From Oscillospiraceae bacterium (GTDB lineage: Bacteria > Bacillota > Clostridia > Oscillospirales > Ruminococcaceae), in assembly GCA_017461565.1 (NCBI GenBank), contig JAFTXQ010000016.1, forward strand, positions 40,178 through 104,177: a stretch of DNA of 64,000 bases, written 5' to 3'. This document shows, piece after piece, positions 9,143 to 19,075 of the stretch. Made by a program: the position numbers and the translations under genes. The first letter of the stretch is position 1. Every line of letters starts with the position of its first letter. The notes below the pieces were generated by a model. It searched no databases, had not been told where the DNA came from, and was given only the letters and a program-made list of their open reading frames with translations.

Positions 9143-10162
9143 TCATTTATGGCCGTACATTGTCTTGTAGTATTCCTGATACTCGCCGTTGATGATGTGC
9201 TCCCACCACTCACGGTTGTCAAGATACCACTGAATGGTCTTCTGTATACCGTCTGCGAATTTTGTTTCAGGAAGCCAACCGAGCTCGTTATGTATCTTGG
9301 TGGGATCAATGGCATAGCGCATATCGTGACCCTTGCGGTCTGCCACATAAGTGATAAGGCTTTCGGGCTTGTTTAGTGCCTTGCAGATCATCTTTACGAT
9401 GTCTATATTCCTCATCTCGTTGTGACCGCCGATGTTATACACCTCACCGACACGTCCCTTGTGGATGATAAGGTCGATAGCACGGCAGTGGTCTTCCACA
9501 TACAGCCAGTCACGGACGTTGAGTCCCTCGCCGTAAACGGGAAGAGGCTTGTCGTTCAGCGCATTTGCTATCATCAGAGGAATGAGCTTTTCAGGGAAAT
9601 GGTAAGGACCATAGTTGTTGGAGCACCTGGAGATAGTAACAGGCAGGCCAAAGGTCCTGTGGTAAGCCTGCACCAGCAGATCTGCGCTTGCTTTGGAGGC
9701 AGAGTAGGGGCTTGAAGTGTGGATGGGGGTTTCTTCAGTAAAGAACAGGTCGGGTCTGTCGAGAGGGAGATCTCCGTATACCTCGTCGGTGGACACCTGA
9801 TGATAGCGCTTGATGCCGTATTTGCGGCAGGCGTCCATCATCACCTGGGTTCCCATGATGTTCGTTTTAAGAAATACAGAGGGATCCTCGATGGAACGGT
9901 CCACGTGGCTTTCTGCGGCAAAGTTCACAACGATGTCGGGATGTTCCTCCTCAAACACCTTGTTCACAGCCTCACGGTCTGTGATATCCACCTTGCAGAA
10001 GCGGAAGTCGGGCTTGCCCATTACAGGAGCGAGGGTCTCCATGTTTCCTGCATAAGTAAGACAGTCGAGGCAGATGATCCTGTATTCGGGATGGGCTTTT
10101 AGCATATAGTGGATAAAGTTTCCGCCGATGAAGCCTGCGCCGCCTGTTACGATTATCTTCAT
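9143..10162 (-). CDS. rfbB: dTDP-glucose 4,6-dehydratase
   Basis: 339 aa. It contains [16 protein letters not shown], the [12 protein letters not shown] catalytic YxxxK, and the C-terminal WWE..I motif typical of RmlB. Confidence 0.92.
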   Translation of the reverse strand: MKIIVTGGAGFIGGNFIHYMLKAHPEYRIICLDCLTYAGNMETLAPVMGKPDFRFCKVDITDREAVNKVFEEEHPDIVVNFAAESHVDRSIEDPSVFLKTNIMGTQVMMDACRKYGIKRYHQVSTDEVYGDLPLDRPDLFFTEETPIHTSSPYSASKASADLLVQAYHRTFGLPVTISRCSNNYGPYHFPEKLIPLMIANALNDKPLPVYGEGLNVRDWLYVEDHCRAIDLIIHKGRVGEVYNIGGHNEMRNIDIVKMICKALNKPESLITYVADRKGHDMRYAIDPTKIHNELGWLPETKFADGIQKTIQWYLDNREWWEHIINGEYQEYYKTMYGHK

Positions 10163-11037
10163 AAAGCTTCCTCCGAGAGTGAGAGTATGTATTTTCCGTA
10201 GTCTGTCATTTTCAGCTCTTCACCAAGCGTGTGAAGCTGTTCGGTGGTGATATAGCCGCATCTCCATGCGACCTCCTCGATACAGGAAATATAAAAGCCC
10301 TGCATCTCCTGGACTGTCTTTACAAAACCGCTTGCCTTATGCATTCCCTTTGGAGAGCCTGTATCCAGCCATGACATGCCACGTCCAAGCAAGGTGACAT
10401 GAAGTGAGCCTTGTTCAAGATAATGATTGTTGATGGAAGTGATCTCGATCTCGCCACGGGACGATGGCTTGATATTTTCCGCAATCTTAACAACCTGATT
10501 GTCGTAGAAATACAGACCGGGAACAGCGTAGTGCGACTTTGGTACGGCAGGCTTTTCTTCAATAGAGATCACCTTATTGTTATCATCAAACTCAACCACG
10601 CCGAATTCACACGGATTTTTTACCGGATATCCGAATATGGTTGCGCCGCCATGTTCAACCTGTTTTTTGGCAATTTTGAGATATTCCGAAAAACCTTGTC
10701 CGTAAAACACGTTGTCACCCAACACAAGACAAACACTATCATTGCCGATAAAATCGGCGCCAATAATAAACGCATCGGCAAGTCCACGTGGCTTATCTTG
10801 AATCCTGTATTCAATATGTATACCGATGCGGCTGCCGTCACCGAGCAGCTTTTTGTAATTAGGTGTGTCCTCAGGTGTGGAAATAATAAGGATCTCTCTT
10901 ATTCCGGTCAGTAACAGGACGGATAAAGGATAATAAATAAGTGGCTTATCGTAAATTGGTAGCAGTTGCTTTGATACCGCTATTGTGTTAGGGTAAAGGC
11001 GGGTGCCTTTACCGCCTGCCAGAATTATACCTTTCAT
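10159..11037 (-). CDS. rfbA: glucose-1-phosphate thymidylyltransferase
   Basis: 292 aa. It contains [17 protein letters not shown]...[17 protein letters not shown] and LGDNVFYG. It overlaps rfbB by 4 nt. Confidence 0.92.
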   Translation of the reverse strand: MKGIILAGGKGTRLYPNTIAVSKQLLPIYDKPLIYYPLSVLLLTGIREILIISTPEDTPNYKKLLGDGSRIGIHIEYRIQDKPRGLADAFIIGADFIGNDSVCLVLGDNVFYGQGFSEYLKIAKKQVEHGGATIFGYPVKNPCEFGVVEFDDNNKVISIEEKPAVPKSHYAVPGLYFYDNQVVKIAENIKPSSRGEIEITSINNHYLEQGSLHVTLLGRGMSWLDTGSPKGMHKASGFVKTVQEMQGFYISCIEEVAWRCGYITTEQLHTLGEELKMTDYGKYILSLSEEAL

Positions 11038-11392
11038 TTCATGCCTCCTATCTTTACAGTGAACACGGTTCCTGATATGATCAACATCATACCGATCAGC
11101 TGGCGTTTAGTAAGCTTTTCTTTGAAGAATATGTAACTTAATACTGCAACGAAAAGTATCCGCTTACCTTAGGTATCGGCGCCATGGAAAGCGGTACAAC
11201 CTTTTATTGCATACATTAAAATGAATGTTGTGCCGAATAAAATCCGTATGCAATTATAACAAGAGGACTTAAACACTCTTTCAATTTTGACGGGTATTCT
11301 TTCTGTGCACTATTTTTTGGCATTATTCGTGAAAAAACAAAAATTAAAGTTCCCATTACCATAATACAAGAGCAGCCCATTGACTCACTCAT
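11038..11392 (-). pseudogene. decayed paralog of the small ArnF/EamA-like membrane protein gene at 46625..46975
   Basis: Minus-strand pieces are MSE...SRIMPKNSAQKEYPSKLKECLSPLVIIAY / FGTTFILMYAIK / VVPLSMAPIPKVSGYF / [30 protein letters not shown]. These align with [90 protein letters not shown] only if at least three frame changes are allowed. Confidence 0.8.
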
Positions 11393-11851
11393 GTTTCTTA
11401 TGTGTCACGGTGAACAAAAACGACAGTAAAAACTCTAACCAAATCGATATAGATTATTGTACCTCAAGAAATATGAAAAGTCAATACTAAGCGGTTCAAT
11501 AATTACTCGCATTTATTTTCATTTGTTCAGCTTTTGTATTTTATCAGTATTATTACATTTTACAATGGCTGGATGTACGAGGGGATTCGGAAGAAAACGT
11601 TCAGAGCAACAAGGAAAAAGCGGTACTTGTTCCCGGCTGACAGGGCTTGTGAAATGCGCTTGCTCTCCGTGTGACGCAGCGTGAATGCACAGGCATGGCA
11701 AACCACAAGGCATGTGGAAGATTTCGGGTAATCTGTTTGTGTCTGATATAGAAGCGGTGTCGGGACAGAGATAATAATGCAGTGTGTCTCTTGAAACATA
11801 TTGTTATTATTTGCACTAAAGTTTGCGTGATTTTTGTCGATATTATAAATA

Positions 11852-11880
11852 TTGACAGATAACTATTTTTTTTGTATAAT
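11852..11880 (+). promoter_or_regulatory. consensus sigma-A promoter of the 11990-22615 operon
   Basis: TTGACA (11852-11857), 17 nt, TATAAT (11875-11880), exact. Confidence 0.65.
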
Positions 11881-11989
11881 ATAGTTGTATTGTACAAAAG
11901 TGCAACGCATTCAACTTTTAAATTTGTTGCTTTTGTTTGCAAAAAGTATTATTCTATTGTTCGATATGACAACCGAAGGAGAATTGACT

Positions 11990-14527
11990 ATGCGAAAGGC
12001 ATTTAAACAAAATCTGATAGAGGTTTTTGGAACACTGTATGAGGCGCACGGTGTCATAAAGGAATTTCTTGAAAAGGGAAATTTGGATGATGCTCATGCG
12101 CTTCTGTGCGATTGTCAGAATACAGCTATAGATATAGGCAATATCATAATCGACTCCGAAGGCGAGGGTCAGGCAAGCGTATCTTACCTTGAACAGTATT
12201 GTGAAGAAGTATATCAGGCAGATGTAGAGCTTAGCAACGGACTGACAGGGGCAAGAGCAAAAGAAATTCTCGATGAAAAGCTTGCTTGTGCCGAAAACAG
12301 CGTGAAGAACGATATCAAAGTAAGGCTTGAAGTGGTTTTTATGCCTTACAAGGCAAGTATGTGGGACTCTCTGGAAAGTGTCTGGAAAGCTGCAGACGCT
12401 GATCCTGATTGTGATGCATACGTTGTGCCTATTCCCTATTTTGACAGAAACAGCGATTTTTCCATGGGCACTTGTCACTACGAGGGAAACGATTTTCCGG
12501 ATTATGTTCCTGTAACGCACTATGCGGCCTATGATCTGTCGTTAAGGCAGCCTGATATTATATACATACATAATCCCTATGACAATTTAAACACCGTGAC
12601 TTCCGTTGATCCGGGATTTTACTCGTTCGAGCTTAAGAAATATACGGAATGTCTTGTATATATTCCGTACTTTGCAACTTCCGGATGGCTGGGAGAAGGA
12701 AAGGGAATGTGTCCCGTTTATAACTATGTTGACTATATAGTAATACAGTCGGAAAAATATCGATCCTTTTATCATAGCTCTATTCCTGCCGAAAAGCTTC
12801 TGCCTTTTGGTTCGCCTAAATATGATAGGGTCATAAATGCGTGCAAGCAACCTCGATCTTTACCGAGCGGATGGAAGCAGAAGACGGAGAATAAAAAGGT
12901 GTTCTTTTATAATACCAGTATCGGTGGCTTACTTTCGAATACAGGCGTTCTGCTGAGAAAAATGCAATATGTTTTTGAAACATTTGCGAAATATCCCCAG
13001 GCTTGTATCGTTTGGCGACCACATCCACTGCTTGAATCGACTATAGATTCCATGCGCCCTCAGTATAAGACCTTCTATAATGCGTTAAAGAACTTTTTTG
13101 TCAGCAACGATATCGGCATATTGGATACTACTCCTGACATCACCAATACTATTGCTTTGTGCGACGCTTACATCGGAGATCCAGGATCTTCCGTCGTTTC
13201 TCTATTTGGAGTGGCGGCAAAGCCGATATTTCAGTTGGATAATTTTATTACTGATGTACCTGCTGAAGATGACTGGCGTGGTCAGTTGCTTGATACAGGT
13301 TTCAGACAGAATGCTGATAATAAATGGCTCGTAACTATGCAGAACCGTTTGTTCCTTTCTGAGAACAATGACTACAACTATAAATATATCTGCCAGCTTA
13401 ATCAGTATTCCAACTGCGGATATTATCTGTGTGCTGTCAATGTCGGTCAAAAAACGTATGTTTGCCCTGTTCATGCCAGAGATATTCTGATGATCGGCAA
13501 AAATGGCGTGGAAAAACGGATAGAGCTTGAGAACAGAACTGAACAGGTGTGTTCTTTTGTGGCTGCGCATACTATCGGAAAATATATTTTCCTGATCCCG
13601 TGTCATTATAATGCCATAGTAAGATATGATACCGAAACCGACGAGGTAAGATATATCGAAAATTATAACAGTATATTTACTGCTAAGATTAACGGAGAAC
13701 TGACTACGGGAGGCTCATGCGTTCACAACGGAAAGCTGTATCTTGCCTCCCCTGTTGACAGCGGTGTATTGGTGATCGATCCTGAAAGCTGTATGGCGGA
13801 GATCGTTACTGTAAAAACAAATAACAGCAAGGGCTGTTATGCTTTGCAGTCTGATGGTGAAGCACTGTGGTTCCTGCCGATGAATGGCAAGACGGTAGTG
13901 TGTTGGAACACAGGAAGCGGACGTGTCAGCGAGTTTTCTGATATGCCACAAGAGTTTGCGTGTCATAATCTTGAACATTATTATCTGTGTGAGGAAAAAC
14001 CTTTCTCAACAGCAGTGTTCTGCGGAGACCATGTTTATCTTTCTCCGAAATATGCAAATATGTTTGTTAAGCTCAACAAGTCAACAGGAAGGACAGAACA
14101 GTGGGAAACTCCGTTCACGCTCCCTGAGGATTTCAAGAACGGATATTTTAGATCATCTGAGACTGCAAGATTTGCAGATAGGCTATCTGAAAATGTATAC
14201 ACCGTATTCTCTTTGTTTGACAGAAAGCTTTATAAAGTCGATCTGTTAACGAATGAGTACGAAGAGATCCCTGTTGTGTTCGATCAGGATGAGGTCAGAA
14301 ACAACGAAGCAGGCTTTGCTGTTTTTTCACAGTGGCATCAGTATTGTGCAAACGAAAGTGCTTTTTATACTCTTCCTGATTTCATTGAGAATAACGTTAT
14401 CGGCAGGGCATTTGATCCAAAGGAGCAGATCCGTGCATACGATACCATCAATGCCAGCCCCAATGGCGATTGTGGTAAAAAAGTGCATCAATACATCAAG
14501 GATGCTTTAGCAGGTGAGGTGGAGTAA
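11990..14527 (+). CDS. TagB/TagF-family CDP-alditol (glycerol/ribitol-phosphate) transferase with an N-terminal helical domain and a ~400-aa C-terminal repeat (beta-propeller-like) domain
   Basis: TagF-like blocks are KKVFFYNTSIGG (compare the YAPT.R region), IVWRPHPL and DITNTIALCDAYIGDPGSSVVSLFGVAAKPIF. The C-terminal half has repeated hydrophobic-strand/turn units (..VRYDTETDEV.., ..VLVIDPESC.., ..VVCWNTGSGRV.., ..FVKLNKSTGRT..). The start at 11990 follows GAAGGAGA. Confidence 0.6.
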   Translation: MRKAFKQNLIEVFGTLYEAHGVIKEFLEKGNLDDAHALLCDCQNTAIDIGNIIIDSEGEGQASVSYLEQYCEEVYQADVELSNGLTGARAKEILDEKLACAENSVKNDIKVRLEVVFMPYKASMWDSLESVWKAADADPDCDAYVVPIPYFDRNSDFSMGTCHYEGNDFPDYVPVTHYAAYDLSLRQPDIIYIHNPYDNLNTVTSVDPGFYSFELKKYTECLVYIPYFATSGWLGEGKGMCPVYNYVDYIVIQSEKYRSFYHSSIPAEKLLPFGSPKYDRVINACKQPRSLPSGWKQKTENKKVFFYNTSIGGLLSNTGVLLRKMQYVFETFAKYPQACIVWRPHPLLESTIDSMRPQYKTFYNALKNFFVSNDIGILDTTPDITNTIALCDAYIGDPGSSVVSLFGVAAKPIFQLDNFITDVPAEDDWRGQLLDTGFRQNADNKWLVTMQNRLFLSENNDYNYKYICQLNQYSNCGYYLCAVNVGQKTYVCPVHARDILMIGKNGVEKRIELENRTEQVCSFVAAHTIGKYIFLIPCHYNAIVRYDTETDEVRYIENYNSIFTAKINGELTTGGSCVHNGKLYLASPVDSGVLVIDPESCMAEIVTVKTNNSKGCYALQSDGEALWFLPMNGKTVVCWNTGSGRVSEFSDMPQEFACHNLEHYYLCEEKPFSTAVFCGDHVYLSPKYANMFVKLNKSTGRTEQWETPFTLPEDFKNGYFRSSETARFADRLSENVYTVFSLFDRKLYKVDLLTNEYEEIPVVFDQDEVRNNEAGFAVFSQWHQYCANESAFYTLPDFIENNVIGRAFDPKEQIRAYDTINASPNGDCGKKVHQYIKDALAGEVE

Positions 14528-15867
14528 TGAAAAAAGTTATTACATACGGTACTTTTGATCTGTTTCATGAGGGTCACTACCGCTTGCTCAAAAGAGCTAA
14601 AGAGCTTGGAGATTATCTTATTGTAGGAGTAACTTCCGAGGAGTTTGACCGTTCACGTGGAAAGTTGAATGTTATAGATTCTCTGGTTACACGTATTGAA
14701 AATGTCAAAAATACGGGTTTTGCCGATGAGATAATCGTTGAGGAAGTGCAGGGCCAGAAATTCCGTGACATAAAAAAATACGATATTGATATATTTACTG
14801 TCGGCTCGGATTGGGTGGGTCATTTTGACTACCTTAAAGATTATTGTGAAGTCGTGTATCTTGAACGCACCAAAGAAATATCCAGCACACAACTGCGTAA
14901 CCGTGCCAATCCTATACTGCGCATGGGTATAATCGGAACTGGCAGGATCGCTTCAAGATTCATTCCTGAGTCGCACCTTGTAAGCGGCATCTCTGTTACA
15001 AGTGTATATAATCCTAACAAAGCGAGCGCTGATAAGTTTGCAAAACGGTGGGATCTTAATTCTTTCGGTGGAACGGAGGCTTTTTCTGATTTTCTGGAGT
15101 ATGTGGATTGTGTGTATATAGCAACACCGCATGAACACCATTATGATTATGCGCTCCGTGCTATGGAGGCGGGCAAACACGTTCTATGTGAAAAACCGTT
15201 CACTCTGAGAGCAGCGGAAACCGAAGCACTGTATACCTATGCTGAGGAACATGGTCTTGTGATAATGGAGGGAATAAAAACCGCATATTGTCCGGGCTTC
15301 AATAAACTGATAAGTATTGCCTGCAGCGGCAAGATCGGCGCTGTAAGAAATATAGAAGCCTGCTTTACAAAGCTTGAAAATTCCCTCAGCCGTGAGCTTA
15401 CCGACACAAAATACGGCGGCAGTTTTACAGAGCTTGCAAGTTATACGCTGCTGCCCATTATCAAGCTTTTCGGAGTTGATTACGAAGAAGTTAGATTTGA
15501 TTCCATAAAGGATAAGAACGGCATCGATCTGTTTACAAAGGCTCATTTCAGATACCCCAACGGAATGGCTACTGCCACGTGCGGTCTTGGCGTAAAATCA
15601 GAAGGTCAGCTTATTATCTCAGGTACAAAGGGATACATACTCGCTGAATCTCCGTGGTGGAAAACATCATATTTCGAGGTGCGTTATGAGGATCCTAACA
15701 ATATTGAAAAGTATTCGGATGTTTTTCTGAATTACGGACTGAGATATGAAATAAGTGATTTTGTTTCCACCATCAACGGAAACAAGACCAATGATTTCAA
15801 GCTTATCAAAGAGGAGTCGATAGCGATTTCCGGAATTATTGAGGATTTCCTCAGTATGAACAGGTGA
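14527..15867 (+). CDS. fusion of a TagD-type cytidylyltransferase (glycerol-3-phosphate cytidylyltransferase-like) with a Gfo/Idh/MocA NAD(P) oxidoreductase
   Basis: N-terminal residues 1-125 are KKVITYGTFDLFHEGHYRLLKRAKELGDYLIVGV...GSDW, carrying the HxGH cytidylyltransferase signature. The C-terminal part is RMGIIGTGRIASRF...YIATPHEHHYDYALRAMEAGKHVLCEKPF, a Gfo/Idh/MocA Rossmann fold with the EKP motif. Confidence 0.8.
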   Translation: MKKVITYGTFDLFHEGHYRLLKRAKELGDYLIVGVTSEEFDRSRGKLNVIDSLVTRIENVKNTGFADEIIVEEVQGQKFRDIKKYDIDIFTVGSDWVGHFDYLKDYCEVVYLERTKEISSTQLRNRANPILRMGIIGTGRIASRFIPESHLVSGISVTSVYNPNKASADKFAKRWDLNSFGGTEAFSDFLEYVDCVYIATPHEHHYDYALRAMEAGKHVLCEKPFTLRAAETEALYTYAEEHGLVIMEGIKTAYCPGFNKLISIACSGKIGAVRNIEACFTKLENSLSRELTDTKYGGSFTELASYTLLPIIKLFGVDYEEVRFDSIKDKNGIDLFTKAHFRYPNGMATATCGLGVKSEGQLIISGTKGYILAESPWWKTSYFEVRYEDPNNIEKYSDVFLNYGLRYEISDFVSTINGNKTNDFKLIKEESIAISGIIEDFLSMNR

Positions 15868-15932
15868 GCCATTGATATTTCAGAGCTTTATCTGCTTACA
15901 CAAACCAGAACAAGAGAGGTTATGATATCATA

Positions 15933-16742
15933 ATGATAGAACTGGATGAAAATATGCTCAAGAATATACATGATATTGAGCTTGAAATGCTTGTAGAGTT
16001 TGATAGGATATGCAGAAAACATAATATCCTTTACAGCATAGATGGCGGAACTCTTCTTGGGGCGATAAGGCATGGTGGTTTTATACCATGGGATGACGAC
16101 GCAGATGTAATAATGAACCGCACGGAATATGATAAATTGATAGCGGTCATTGATGAAGAGCTTGATTCGGACAGGTTTTACTTTCAGGATATGTTCAGGA
16201 CCCCGGGCTACAGATGGGGTTACGGTAAGATGCGGCGCAAGGATACCGAGTTCATAAGGCTTAACCAGGAGCACATGCCGTATGAACAGGGACTGTTCAT
16301 GGATGTGTTTGTATGCGATAATGTCCCTGATAATTACATTTTACGTTCTGTATGCAATTTTGTTTCTTTCATATATAGAAAGATATTCTTTGCGCCTGTT
16401 GGAGTCAATATTTCAAAAGGCTTTACAAAAATTGTGTACAAAATTCTGAACTGTATCTCTGAAGAAAGGGCAAAAAATTCCTACAGAAAATACATAAGCT
16501 TCAGGAATAGGAAGCATACATCCTGGGTCAAATGTCTTACCTTTCCTGCGTGCAACAGGACTTATGGTTACAAGCGTACTTGGTATGAGGATACGGTCGA
16601 TGTGCGCTTTGAGGATAAGGTGTTCAAAGGTTGTAAAGATTACGATGAATATCTGACTTTTCTTTACGGCGATTATATGAAGTTGCCCCCCGTTGAAAAG
16701 AGAAAAATACATCCAGTATCAAAAATCAAATTCCCCGATTAA
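15933..16742 (+). CDS. LicD-family phosphotransferase (phosphocholine/polyol-phosphate transfer to glycans)
   Basis: LEMLVEFDRICRKHNILYSIDGGTLLGAIRHGGFIPWDDDADVIM matches the LicD signature, including the DxD. Confidence 0.85.
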   Translation: MIELDENMLKNIHDIELEMLVEFDRICRKHNILYSIDGGTLLGAIRHGGFIPWDDDADVIMNRTEYDKLIAVIDEELDSDRFYFQDMFRTPGYRWGYGKMRRKDTEFIRLNQEHMPYEQGLFMDVFVCDNVPDNYILRSVCNFVSFIYRKIFFAPVGVNISKGFTKIVYKILNCISEERAKNSYRKYISFRNRKHTSWVKCLTFPACNRTYGYKRTWYEDTVDVRFEDKVFKGCKDYDEYLTFLYGDYMKLPPVEKRKIHPVSKIKFPD

Positions 16743-16755
16743 AGGAGGCTTTATT

Positions 16756-19059
16756 ATGAACAAAATAATGTTTGATATCCTTCTGCTCATACATAAAGGA
16801 GAGCAGTATAACGTCAAGGCGTTTGCCAAGAAGCTGTATAAACCGTATTCGATAATAGAGCAGGAATATAATAATCTTGTTCACGGCGGATATATTTCCG
16901 ATGCCCGGGTAACTGAAAAGGGTAAGGAGTTCCTTGATGGGAAAAAGATAGATAATGCCATAATACTTGCTGCAGGCATCTCTTCGAGATTTGTGCCTTT
17001 ATGCTATGAGACCCCTAAGGCACTGCTCAGCGTCAAGGGCGAGATAATGATCGAAAGACAGATCAGACAGCTGCTGGATGTGGGCATTACAGAGATATGT
17101 ATCGTTGTCGGACACATGAAAGAAAAGTTCTATTATCTCCGTGATAAATATGGTGTGAAGCTTATCGAGACCGACACATACCGCTCAAGAAACAATCATG
17201 CAAGCGTATATGCCGCAAAAGAGCATTTAAGGAATACGATCATCACATCCGCAGACCTGTACTTTAACGAAAATATATTTGAGAGATATGCGTTCGATGC
17301 GTATTACTGCACTGTATACAGAGAGGGCGATACTGAAGAACGTGGCGTGAATACAAACCAGTATGACAAGATCATCAAAACATATTATGGCGCTTCCGAT
17401 ACATGGGTAACTCTTGGATATGCTTATTTCAATGAGCGGTTCTCCAATAATTTCATTGAGATAATGGATAAGGAATATAACCGTGCAGAAACCCTGAATA
17501 AGTTCTGGGCTGATATTCAGGACGAGCACCTTCAGGAGCTTTATATGTACGCAAAGCACTGCGACAACAACATAATATATGAGTTTGACTCTCTTGAAGA
17601 GCTGCGTGATTTTGACGAGGAATACCTTGACAACACTGGCTCTGACCTTATGAAAAAGATTGCAGATCAGCTCAATACCTCTCAGAGGAACCTGAGAAGC
17701 TTCAAGCCGATAACAAAGGAAGACCTTGCGAGAGGAATAACGTTCACTTTTGAGCAGAAAAGATATATCTGCAGGATCGCCGAGGATCATCAGATAATCG
17801 ACATAAAGAGATACGATGATTCTATTCAGGAGCTTGTAAATCTTACTGAAAGCTTTGAAACGTATTATGATATGACTCTTCCGCTGTGTGCAGCTGAAAA
17901 TGTCATTTCACCGTTTGCAAATATGCCACTTTCAATGGGATTTCAGGAAAGGTATATTGTAGGTAATACCTATTCCTATGAGGAAGATAACAACTTCATC
18001 GGAAGTACATATCTCCTGCCTTTCTATCAGATGATATCCGAAAAATGCAAGAATATATTCCGTGCAAAGTACTCAGACGCCAGAACATTGACAGGTATGA
18101 ACTGTCTTATGATGGTGCTGACTTCGTTATCAAAGATCGGCGATAAGATACTCATTCTTGGTGCGGCTGCGGGTGGACACGCCTCTGTAAAACCGATAGC
18201 AGAAAGACTGGGTCTGATCGTTGATGATGTGCCGTTTGATTATGACGTTCAGGATGTTGACTATGACAAGCTCAACCAAAGGATCAGGGATGAGGAGATA
18301 GATTATGTCCTGCTTGCTCCGTCCGATATAATCCATCCTTTTGAAGTGGAGAAGATGGACACCTCAAAAACCGTTCTTCTGTATGATGTAAGCCAGCTTC
18401 TTGGCCTTATCGGTGCAGGCGTGATAAAGAATCCGCTTGACACTGTTGATAACATGGTAATGTTCGGCGGAACACACAAGACATTCCCAGGCCCTGCAAG
18501 CGGACTTATCATGACCAACAACGAAAGCCTGCATAAGAGATTAGAGACCACTGTAAACCCCATATATATCCGACACACCCAGATGCACCAGAAGGTGAGT
18601 CTGCTGTTTGCGCTGGTAGAGTTTGAGATATTCGGAAGTGCGTATCAGAGACATATTGTAGAGCTTTCAAATGCGCTTGCAAGCGAGCTTGAGAAATGCG
18701 GTTTTTCTGTCGGTAAGGCAGATGAGATGTATTCTCATACGCATGAGGTGTTCATATATACCGACAAGGATATGATGGACAGGATATATCAGAACAGCCT
18801 CAGACTTGGAATCACACTCAATAAGAAGCATAAGGAGCTGTTCAGGGGCTACGGAATAAGACTTGGAGTGCAGGAGATCGCAAGATATGGCTGGTCGGTC
18901 GAGTCAATGAAGCAGATAGCGCAGATAATCCTTGAGACCTCAAAGCCCGATGTGAACGATAATGCTGTATATGAGATGATGTCGGGACTGCCACGCAAGA
19001 AGATCCAGTATACATTCGACGAGGCAACAGCATCGTATTTCAAGAGGTTTTTACATTAA
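16756..19059 (+). CDS. three-part fusion of an N-terminal winged-helix-like segment, a LicC/GlmU-type sugar- or alcohol-phosphate nucleotidyltransferase, and a fold-type-I PLP domain resembling serine hydroxymethyltransferase
   Basis: The nucleotidyltransferase signature is AIILAAGISSRFVPLCYETPKALLSVKGEIMIERQI. The C-terminal half has LCAAENVISPF (compare SHMT LIASENF.S) and GGTHKTFPGPASGLIM (compare SHMT TTTHKTLRGPRGG, the PLP lysine). The start at 16756 follows AAAGGAGG. Confidence 0.65.
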   Translation: MNKIMFDILLLIHKGEQYNVKAFAKKLYKPYSIIEQEYNNLVHGGYISDARVTEKGKEFLDGKKIDNAIILAAGISSRFVPLCYETPKALLSVKGEIMIERQIRQLLDVGITEICIVVGHMKEKFYYLRDKYGVKLIETDTYRSRNNHASVYAAKEHLRNTIITSADLYFNENIFERYAFDAYYCTVYREGDTEERGVNTNQYDKIIKTYYGASDTWVTLGYAYFNERFSNNFIEIMDKEYNRAETLNKFWADIQDEHLQELYMYAKHCDNNIIYEFDSLEELRDFDEEYLDNTGSDLMKKIADQLNTSQRNLRSFKPITKEDLARGITFTFEQKRYICRIAEDHQIIDIKRYDDSIQELVNLTESFETYYDMTLPLCAAENVISPFANMPLSMGFQERYIVGNTYSYEEDNNFIGSTYLLPFYQMISEKCKNIFRAKYSDARTLTGMNCLMMVLTSLSKIGDKILILGAAAGGHASVKPIAERLGLIVDDVPFDYDVQDVDYDKLNQRIRDEEIDYVLLAPSDIIHPFEVEKMDTSKTVLLYDVSQLLGLIGAGVIKNPLDTVDNMVMFGGTHKTFPGPASGLIMTNNESLHKRLETTVNPIYIRHTQMHQKVSLLFALVEFEIFGSAYQRHIVELSNALASELEKCGFSVGKADEMYSHTHEVFIYTDKDMMDRIYQNSLRLGITLNKKHKELFRGYGIRLGVQEIARYGWSVESMKQIAQIILETSKPDVNDNAVYEMMSGLPRKKIQYTFDEATASYFKRFLH

Positions 19060-19075
19060 ATTGGAGGTGCGGTCA

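Noticed and set aside
11457-11942. Several 64-113-aa ORFs on both strands in the rfbA / TagF-like intergenic region.
   Set aside because: They have no RBS, odd composition, and overlap one another. The region is better explained as the flippase relic, a promoter and a leader. I found no convincing riboswitch-like or tRNA-like structure by eye.
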